From the human T2T-CHM13v2.0 reference genome, Homo sapiens, in assembly GCF_009914755.1 (NCBI RefSeq), contig NC_060942.1: a DNA stretch of 64,000 nucleotides, one strand, 5' to 3'. Positions within the stretch are counted from its first letter, which is position 1; each line of letters begins with the position of its first letter. Below, in pieces: positions 54,301-64,000 of the stretch. The notes beneath the pieces are model-generated. The model ran no database searches. It saw nothing but the letters and a program-made list of their open reading frames with translations, and was not told the origin of the DNA. Position numbers and translations under genes: made by a program.

Positions 54301-57300
54301 GGAAGCGGGAATACATATAAAAAGCACACAGCAGCGTTCTGAGAAACTGCTTTCTGATGTTTGCATTCAAGTCAAAAGTTGAACACTCCCTTTCATAGAG
54401 CAGTCTTGAAACACCCCTTTTGTAGTATCTGGAACTGGACTTTTGGAGCGATTTCAGGGCTAAGGTGAAAAAGGAAATATCTTCCCATAAAAACTGGACA
54501 GAAGCATTCTCAGAAACTTGTTTATGCTGTATCTACTCAACTAACAAAGTTGAACCTTTCTTTTGATAGAGCAGTTTTGAAATGGTCTTTTTGTGGAATC
54601 TGCAAGTGGATATTTGGCTAGTTTTGAGGATTTCGTTGGAAGCGGGAATTCATACAAATTGCAGACTGCAGCGTTCTGAGAAACATCTTTGTGATGTTTG
54701 TATTCAGGACACAGAGTTGAACATTCCCTATCATAGAGCAGGTTGGAATCACTCCTTTTGTAGTATCTGGAAGTGGACATTTGGAGCGCTTTCAGGCCTA
54801 TTTTGGAAAGGGAAATATCTTCCCGTAACAACTATGCAGAAGCATTCTCAGAAACTTGTTTGTGATGTGTGCCCTCTACTGACAGAGTTGAACCTTTCTT
54901 TTCATAGAGCAGTTTTGAAACACTCTTTTTGTAGAATCTGCAAGAGGATATTTGCATAGCTTTGAGGATTTCGTGGGAAACGGGATTGTCTTCAGGTAAA
55001 ATCTAGACAGAAGCATTCTCAGAAACTTCTTTGGGATGTTTGCATTCAAGTCACAGAGTAGAACATTCCCTTTGGTAGAGCAGGTTTGAAACACTCTTTT
55101 TGTAGTATCTGGAAGTGGACATTTGGAGCGCTTTCAGGCCCATGTTGGAAAGGGAAATATCTTCCCGTAACAACTAGGCAGAAGCATTCTCAGAAACTTA
55201 TTTGAGATGTGTGTACTCAACTAAGAGAATTGAACCACCGTTTTGAAGGAGCAGTTTTGAAACACTCTTTTTCTGGAATCTGCAAGAGTATATTTGCCTA
55301 GCCTTGAGGATTTCGTTGGAAACGGGATTGTCTTCAGAGAAAATCTAGACAGAAGCATTCTCAGAAACTTCTTTGGGATGTTTGCATTCAAGTCACAGAG
55401 TAGAACATTCCCTTTGGTAGAGCAGGTTTGAAACACTCTTTTTGTAGTATCTGGAAGTGGACATTTGGAGCGCTTTCAGGCCTACGTTGGAAAAGGAAAT
55501 ATCTTCCCATAACAACTAGACAGAAGCATTCTCAGAAACTAGTTTCTGATGTGTGTCCTCAACTAACACAGTTGAACATTTCTTTAGACAGAACAGTTTT
55601 GAAACACTCTTTTTGTGGAATCTGCAAGTGGCTATTTGGCTAGATTTGAGGATTTCGTTGGAAACGGGATTACATATAAAAAGCAGTCAGCAGCATTCTC
55701 AGAAAGTTCTTTGTGATGATTGCATTCAAGTCACAGAATTGAACATTCCCTTTCACAGAGCAGGTTTGAAACACTCTTTTTGTAGTGTGTGTAAGTGGAC
55801 ATTTGGAGCACTTACCGGCCTAAGGTGAAAAAGGAAATATCTTCCCATAAAAACTAGACAGAAGCATTCTCAGAAACTTACTCGTGATGTGTGTCCTCAA
55901 CTAAAGGAGTAGAACCTTTCTTTTCATAGAGAAGTTTTGAAACGCTCTTTTTGTGGAATCTGCAAGTGGATATTTGGCTAGTTTTGAGGATTTCGTTGGA
56001 AGCGGGAATTCATACAAATTGCAGACTGCAGCGTTCTGAGAAACATCTTTGTGATGTTTGTATTCAGGACACAGAGTTGAACATTCCCTATCATAGAGCA
56101 GGTTTGAATCACTCCTTTTGTAGTATCTGGAAGTGGACATTTGGAGCGCTTTCAGGCCTATGTTGGAAAAGGAAATATCTTCCCATAACAACTAGACAGA
56201 AGCATTCTCAGAAACTTATTTGAGATGTGTGTACTCAACTAAGAGAATTGAACCACCGTTTTGAAGGAGCAGTTTTGAAACACTCTTTTTCTGGAATCTG
56301 CAAGTGGATATTTGGCTAGCTTTGGGGATTTCGCTGGAAGCGGGAATACATATAAAAAGCACACAGCAGCGTTCTGAGAAACTGCTTTCTGATGTTTGCA
56401 TTCAAGTCAAAAGTTGAACACTCCCTTTCATAGAGCAGTCTTGAAACACCCCTTTTGTAGTATCTGGAACTGGACTTTTGGAGCGATTTCAGGGCTAAGG
56501 TGAAAAAGGAAATATCTTCCCATAAAAACTGGACAGAAGCATTCTCAGAAACTTGTTTATGCTGTATCTACTCAACTAACAAAGTTGAACCTTTCTTTTG
56601 ATAGAGCAGTTTTGAAATGGTCTTTTTGTGGAATCTGCAAGTGGATATTTGGCTAGTTTTGAGGATTTCGTTGGAAGCGGGAATTCATACAAATTGCAGA
56701 CTGCAGCGTTCTGAGAAACATCTTTGTGATGTTTGTATTCAGGACACAGAGTTGAACATTCCCTATCATAGAGCAGGTTGGAATCACTCCTTTTGTAGTA
56801 TCTGGAAGTGGACATTTGGAGCGCTTTCAGGCCTATTTTGGAAAGGGAAATATCTTCCCGTAACAACTATGCAGAAGCATTCTCAGAAACTTGTTTGTGA
56901 TGTGTGCCCTCTACTGACAGAGTTGAACCTTTCTTTTCATAGAGCAGTTTTGAAACACTCTTTTTGTAGAATCTGCAAGAGGATATTTGCATAGCTTTGA
57001 GGATTTCGTGGGAAACGGGATTGTCTTCAGGTAAAATCTAGACAGAAGCATTCTCAGAAACTTCTTTGGGATGTTTGCATTCAAGTCACAGAGTAGAACA
57101 TTCCCTTTGGTAGAGCAGGTTTGAAACACTCTTTTTGTAGTATCTGGAAGTGGACATTTGGAGCGCTTTCAGGCCCATGTTGGAAAGGGAAATATCTTCC
57201 CGTAACAACTAGGCAGAAGCATTCTCAGAAACTTATTTGAGATGTGTGTACTCAACTAAGAGAATTGAACCACCGTTTTGAAGGAGCAGTTTTGAAACAC

Positions 57301-60300
57301 TCTTTTTCTGGAATCTGCAAGAGTATATTTGCCTAGCCTTGAGGATTTCGTTGGAAACGGGATTGTCTTCAGAGAAAATCTAGACAGAAGCATTCTCAGA
57401 AACTTCTTTGGGATGTTTGCATTCAAGTCACAGAGTAGAACATTCCCTTTGGTAGAGCAGGTTTGAAACACTCTTTTTGTAGTATCTGGAAGTGGACATT
57501 TGGAGCGCTTTCAGGCCTACGTTGGAAAAGGAAATATCTTCCCATAACAACTAGACAGAAGCATTCTCAGAAACTAGTTTCTGATGTGTGTCCTCAACTA
57601 ACACAGTTGAACATTTCTTTAGACAGAACAGTTTTGAAACACTCTTTTTGTGGAATCTGCAAGTGGCTATTTGGCTAGATTTGAGGATTTCGTTGGAAAC
57701 GGGATTACATATAAAAAGCAGTCAGCAGCATTCTCAGAAAGTTCTTTGTGATGATTGCATTCAAGTCACAGAATTGAACATTCCCTTTCACAGAGCAGGT
57801 TTGAAACACTCTTTTTGTAGTGTGTGTAAGTGGACATTTGGAGCACTTACCGGCCTAAGGTGAAAAAGGAAATATCTTCCCATAAAAACTAGACAGAAGC
57901 ATTCTCAGAAACTTACTCGTGATGTGTGTCCTCAACTAAAGGAGTAGAACCTTTCTTTTCATAGAGAAGTTTTGAAACGCTCTTTTTGTGGAATCTGCAA
58001 GTGGATATTTGGCTAGTTTTGAGGATTTCGTTGGAAGCGGGAATTCATACAAATTGCAGACTGCAGCGTTCTGAGAAACATCTTTGTGATGTTTGTATTC
58101 AGGACACAGAGTTGAACATTCCCTATCATAGAGCAGGTTGGAATCACTCCTTTTGTAGTATCTGGAAGTGGACATTTGGAGCGCTTTCAGGCCTATGTTG
58201 GAAAAGGAAATATCTTCCCATAACAACTAGACAGAAGCATTCTCAGAAACTTATTTGAGATGTGTGTACTCAACTAAGAGAATTGAACCACCGTTTTGAA
58301 GGAGCAGTTTTGAAACTCTCTTTTTCTGGAATCTGCAAGTGGATATTTGGCTAGCTTTGGGGATTTCGCTGGAAGCGGGAATACATATAAAAAGCACACA
58401 GCAGCGTTCTGAGAAACTGCTTTCTGATGTTTGCATTCAAGTCAAAAGTTGAACACTCCCTTTCATAGAGCAGTCTTGAAACACCCCTTTTGTAGTATCT
58501 GGAACTGGACTTTTGGAGCGATTTCAGGGCTAAGGTGAAAAAGGAAATATCTTCCCATAAAAACTGGACAGAAGCATTCTCAGAAACTTGGTTATGCTGT
58601 ATCTACTCAACTAACAAAGTTGAACCTTTCTTTTGATAGAGCAGTTTTGAAATGGTCTTTTTGTGGAATCTGCAAGTGGATATTTGGCTAGTTTTGAGGA
58701 TTTCGTTGGAAGCGGGAATTCATACAAATTGCAGACTGCAGCGTTCTGAGAAACATCTTTGTGATGTTTGTATTCAGGACACAGAGTTGAACATTCCCTA
58801 TCATAGAGCAGGTTGGAATCACTCCTTTTGTAGTATCTGGAAGTGGACATTTGGAGCGCTTTCAGGCCTATTTTGGAAAGGGAAATATCTTCCCGTAACA
58901 ACTATGCAGAAGCATTCTCAGAAACTTGTTTGTGATGTGTGCCCTCTACTGACAGAGTTGAACCTTTCTTTTCATAGAGCAGTTTTGAAACACTCTTTTT
59001 GTAGAATCTGCAAGAGGATATTTGCATAGCTTTGAGGATTTCGTGGGAAACGGGATTGTCTTCAGGTAAAATCTAGACAGAAGCATTCTCAGAAACTTCT
59101 TTGGGATGTTTGCATTCAAGTCACAGAGTAGAACATTCCCTTTGGTAGAGCAGGTTTGAAACACTCTTTTTGTAGTATCTGGAAGTGGACATTTGGAGCG
59201 CTTTCAGGCCCATGTTGGAAAGGGAAATATCTTCCCGTAACAACTAGGCAGAAGCATTCTCAGAAACTTATTTGAGATGTGTGTACTCAACTAAGAGAAT
59301 TGAACCACCGTTTTGAAGGAGCAGTTTTGAAACACTCTTTTTCTGGAATCTGCAAGAGTATATTTGCCTAGCCTTGAGGATTTCGTTGGAAACGGGATTG
59401 TCTTCAGAGAAAATCTAGACAGAAGCATTCTCAGAAACTTCTTTGGGATGTTTGCATTCAAGTCACAGAGTAGAACATTCCCTTTGGTAGAGCAGGTTTG
59501 AAACACTCTTTTTTTAGTATATGGAAGTGGACATTTGGATCGCTTTCAGGCCTACGTTGGAAAAGGAAATATCTTCCCATAACAACTAGACAGAAGCATT
59601 CTCAGAAACTAGTTTCTGATGTGTGTCCTCAACTAACACAGTTGAACATTTCTTTAGACAGAACAGTTTTGAAACACTCTTTTTGTGGAATCTGCAAGTG
59701 GCTATTTGGCTAGATTTGAGGATTTCGTTGGAAACGGGATTACATATAAAAAGCAGTCAGCAGCATTCTCAGAAAGTTCTTTGTGATGATTGCATTCAAG
59801 TCACAGAATTGAACATTCCCTTTCACAGAGCAGGTTTGAAACACTCTTTTTGTAGTGTGTGTAAGTGGACATTTGGAGCACTTACCGGCCTAAGGTGAAA
59901 AAGGAAATATCTTCCCATAAAAACTAGACAGAAGCATTCTCAGAAACTTACTCGTGATGTGTGTCCTCAACTAAAGGAGTAGAACCTTTCTTTTCATAGA
60001 GAAGTTTTGAAACGCTCTTTTTGTGGAATCTGCAAGTGGATATTTGGCTAGTTTTGAGGATTTCGTTGGAAGCGGGAATTCATACAAATTGCAGACTGCA
60101 GCGTTCTGAGAAACATCTTTGTGATGTTTGTATTCAGGACACAGAGTTGAACATTCCCTATCATAGAGCAGGTTGGAATCACTCCTTTTGTAGTATCTGG
60201 AAGTGGACATTTGGAGCGCTTTCAGGCCTATGTTGGAAAAGGAAATATCTTCCCATAACAACTAGACAGAAGCATTCTCAGAAACTTATTTGAGATGTGT

Positions 60301-63300
60301 GTACTCAACTAAGAGAATTGAACCACCGTTTTGAAGGAGCAGTTTTGAAACTCTCTTTTTCTGGAATCTGCAAGTGGATATTTGGCTAGCTTTGGGGATT
60401 TCGCTGGAAGCGGGAATACATATAAAAAGCACACAGCAGCGTTCTGAGAAACTGCTTTCTGATGTTTGCATTCAAGTCAAAAGTTGAACACTCCCTTTCA
60501 TAGAGCAGTCTTGAAACACCCCTTTTGTAGTATCTGGAACTGGACTTTTGGAGCGATTTCAGGGCTAAGGTGAAAAAGGAAATATCTTCCCATAAAAACT
60601 GGACAGAAGCATTCTCAGAAACTTGGTTATGCTGTATCTACTCAACTAACAAAGTTGAACCTTTCTTTTGATAGAGCAGTTTTGAAATGGTCTTTTTGTG
60701 GAATCTGCAAGTGGATATTTGGCTAGTTTTGAGGATTTCGTTGGAAGCGGGAATTCATACAAATTGCAGACTGCAGCGTTCTGAGAAACATCTTTGTGAT
60801 GTTTGTATTCAGGACACAGAGTTGAACATTCCCTATCATAGAGCAGGTTGGAATCACTCCTTTTGTAGTATCTGGAAGTGGACATTTGGAGCGCTTTCAG
60901 GCCTATTTTGGAAAGGGAAATATCTTCCCGTAACAACTATGCAGAAGCATTCTCAGAAACTTGTTTGTGATGTGTGCCCTCTACTGACAGAGTTGAACCT
61001 TTCTTTTCATAGAGCAGTTTTGAAACACTCTTTTTGTAGAATCTGCAAGAGGATATTTGCATAGCTTTGAGGATTTCGTGGGAAACGGGATTGTCTTCAG
61101 GTAAAATCTAGACAGAAGCATTCTCAGAAACTTCTTTGGGATGTTTGCATTCAAGTCACAGAGTAGAACATTCCCTTTGGTAGAGCAGGTTTGAAACACT
61201 CTTTTTGTAGTATCTGGAAGTGGACATTTGGAGCGCTTTCAGGCCCATGTTGGAAAGGGAAATATCTTCCCGTAACAACTAGGCAGAAGCATTCTCAGAA
61301 ACTTATTTGAGATGTGTGTACTCAACTAAGAGAATTGAACCACCGTTTTGAAGGAGCAGTTTTGAAACACTCTTTTTCTGGAATCTGCAAGAGTATATTT
61401 GCCTAGCCTTGAGGATTTCGTTGGAAACGGGATTGTCTTCAGAGAAAATCTAGACAGAAGCATTCTCAGAAACTTCTTTGGGATGTTTGCATTCAAGTCA
61501 CAGAGTAGAACATTCCCTTTGGTAGAGCAGGTTTGAAACACTCTTTTTTTAGTATATGGAAGTGGACATTTGGATCGCTTTCAGGCCTACGTTGGAAAAG
61601 GAAATATCTTCCCATAACAACTAGACAGAAGCATTCTCAGAAACTAGTTTCTGATGTGTGTCCTCAACTAACACAGTTGAACATTTCTTTAGACAGAACA
61701 GTTTTGAAACACTCTTTTTGTGGAATCTGCAAGTGGCTATTTGGCTAGATTTGAGGATTTCGTTGGAAACGGGATTACATATAAAAAGCAGTCAGCAGCA
61801 TTCTCAGAAAGTTCTTTGTGATGATTGCATTCAAGTCACAGAATTGAACATTCCCTTTCACAGAGCAGGTTTGAAACACTCTTTTTGTAGTGTGTGTAAG
61901 TGGACATTTGGAGCACTTACCGGCCTAAGGTGAAAAAGGAAATATCTTCCCATAAAAACTAGACAGAAGCATTCTCAGAAACTTACTCGTGATGTGTGTC
62001 CTCAACTAAAGGAGTAGAACCTTTCTTTTCATAGAGAAGTTTTGAAACGCTCTTTTTGTGGAATCTGCAAGTGGATATTTGGCTAGTTTTGAGGATTTCG
62101 TTGGAAGCGGGAATTCATACAAATTGCAGACTGCAGCGTTCTGAGAAACATCTTTGTGATGTTTGTATTCAGGACACAGAGTTGAACATTCCCTATCATA
62201 GAGCAGGTTTGAATCACTCCTTTTGTAGTATCTGGAAGTGGACATTTGGAGCGCTTTCAGGCCTATGTTGGAAAAGGAAATATCTTCCCATAACAACTAG
62301 ACAGAAGCATTCTCAGAAACTTATTTGAGATGTGTGTACTCAACTAAGAGAATTGAACCACCGTTTTGAAGGAGCAGTTTTGAAACTCTCTTTTTCTGGA
62401 ATCTGCAAGTGGATATTTGGCTAGCTTTGGGGATTTCGCTGGAAGCGGGAATACATATAAAAAGCACACAGCAGCGTTCTGAGAAACTGCTTTCTGATGT
62501 TTGCATTCAAGTCAAAAGTTGAACACTCCCTTTCATAGAGCAGTCTTGAAACACCCCTTTTGTAGTATCTGGAACTGGACTTTTGGAGCGATTTCAGGGC
62601 TAAGGTGAAAAAGGAAATATCTTCCCATAAAAACTGGACAGAAGCATTCTCAGAAACTTGGTTATGCTGTATCTACTCAACTAACAAAGTTGAACCTTTC
62701 TTTTGATAGAGCAGTTTTGAAATGGTCTTTTTGTGGAATCTGCAAGTGGATATTTGGCTAGTTTTGAGGATTTCGTTGGAAGCGGGAATTCATACAAATT
62801 GCAGACTGCAGCGTTCTGAGAAACATCTTTGTGATGTTTGTATTCAGGACACAGAGTTGAACATTCCCTATCATAGAGCAGGTTGGAATCACTCCTTTTG
62901 TAGTATCTGGAAGTGGACATTTGGAGCGCTTTCAGGCCTATTTTGGAAAGGGAAATATCTTCCCGTAACAACTATGCAGAAGCACTCTCAGAAACTTGTT
63001 TGTGATGTGTGCCCTCTACTGACAGAGTTGAACCTTTCTTTTCATAGAGCAGTTTTGAAACACTCTTTTTGTAGAATCTGCAAGAGGATATTTGCATAGC
63101 TTTGAGGATTTCGTGGGAAACGGGATTGTCTTCAGGTAAAATCTAGACAGAAGCATTCTCAGAAACTTCTTTGGGATGTTTGCATTCAAGTCACAGAGTA
63201 GAACATTCCCTTTGGTAGAGCAGGTTTGAAACACTCTTTTTGTAGTATCTGGAAGTGGACATTTGGAGCGCTTTCAGGCCCATGTTGGAAAGGGAAATAT

Positions 63301-63833
63301 CTTCCCGTAACAACTAGGCAGAAGCATTCTCAGAAACTTATTTGAGATGTGTGTACTCAACTAAGAGAATTGAACCACCGTTTTGAAGGAGCAGTTTTGA
63401 AACACTCTTTTTCTGGAATCTGCAAGAGTATATTTGCCTAGCCTTGAGGATTTCGTTGGAAACGGGATTGTCTTCAGAGAAAATCTAGACAGAAGCATTC
63501 TCAGAAACTTCTTTGGGATGTTTGCATTCAAGTCACAGAGTAGAACATTCCCTTTGGTAGAGCAGGTTTGAAACACTCTTTTTGTAGTATATGGAAGTGG
63601 ACATTTGGATCGCTTTCAGGCCTACGTTGGAAAAGGAAGTATCTTCCCATAACAACTAGACAGAAGCATTCTCAGAAACTAGTTTCTGATGTGTGTCCTC
63701 AACTAACACAGTTGAACATTTCTTTAGACAGAACAGTTTTGAAACACTCTTTTTGTGGAATCTGCAAGTGGCTATTTGGCTAGATTTGAGGATTTCGTTG
63801 GAAACGAGATTACATATAAAAAGCAGTCAGCAG
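33309..63833 (+). repeat. Fifteen canonical 12-mer HOR units
   Basis: Exact 2035-bp period from 33309 to 61799. A partial unit begins at 63834. Confidence 0.95.
63793..63809 (+). promoter_or_regulatory. Mutated CENP-B box (core G>A at 63807)
   Basis: TTTCGTTGGAAACGAGA: CGGG has become CGAG. Confidence 0.88.
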
Positions 63834-64000
63834 CATTCTCAGAAAGTTCTTTGTGATGATTGCATTCAAGTCACAGAATTGAACATTCCCTTTCACAGAG
63901 CAGGTTTGAAACACTCTTTTTGTAGTGTGTGTAAGTGGACATTTGGAGCACTTACCGGCCTAAGGTGAAAAAGGAAATATCTTCCCATAAAAACTAGACA

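Larger units (their letters stand above)
84..63833 (+). repeat. D18Z1: Probably D18Z1 / S2C18H1L (chromosome 18, dimeric suprachromosomal family 2), 30 complete HOR units
   Basis: Seen: a dimeric 12-mer with GAATTC at 396 and 1071, giving 675 and 1360 bp EcoRI fragments. Recalled: D18Z1 is a 12-mer SF2 HOR with ~0.68 and ~1.36 kb EcoRI fragments. Not confirmed by alignment. 26x2035 + 4x2710 = 63750 bp. Confidence 0.8.
1..64000 (+). repeat. Alpha-satellite higher-order repeat array (active-type centromeric array)
   Basis: Continuous ~171-bp monomers beginning CATTCTCAGAAA or CGTTCTGAGAAA, with hallmark motifs GGAATCTGCAAGTGGATATTTG and TTGAAACACTCTTTTTGT. CENP-B boxes occur in alternate monomers. 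ORF coordinates recur at exactly 2035 or 2710 bp. Confidence 0.99.

Noticed and set aside
84-63833. CRISPR-like regularly spaced conserved motif (CAGAAGCATTCTCAGAAAC)
   Set aside because: The intervening sequences are themselves homologous repeats rather than unique spacers, the period is about 171 bp, and there are no cas genes.
3-63968. Hundreds of 61-125 aa ORFs on both strands, some Cys/His-rich
   Set aside because: They are chance translations of alpha satellite that recur with the HOR period and overlap in several frames and on both strands. Many start at non-ATG codons, and I recognise no domain.
1-64000. Possible L1/Alu insertion, inversion or hidden unique island
   Set aside because: Unit lengths account for every base between 84 and 63833, and the orientation never changes.

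Overview
The whole 64 kb window is one uninterrupted, single-orientation array of primate (almost certainly human) centromeric alpha-satellite DNA. It has no genes, transposons or inversions, and the ORF track is an artefact of the repeat. The 167-171 bp monomers alternate between CENP-B-box (B) and boxless (A) types and form a 2035-bp 12-monomer higher-order repeat (HOR). Two EcoRI sites per HOR give 675 + 1360 bp fragments, which best fits the chromosome 18 live array D18Z1 (S2C18H1L); this assignment is from recall, not alignment. Monomer numbering m1-m12 is my own, with m1 starting at 84. There are 30 complete units between 84 and 63833: 26 canonical 12-mers and four 2710-bp 16-mers. The 16-mers fall into two junction classes and probably have three independent origins. 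SNV haplotypes record local tandem amplification and likely gene conversion, and one CENP-B box is broken. I found no new protein-coding or mobile system; the interest lies in how the array turns over. All comparisons were read by eye.
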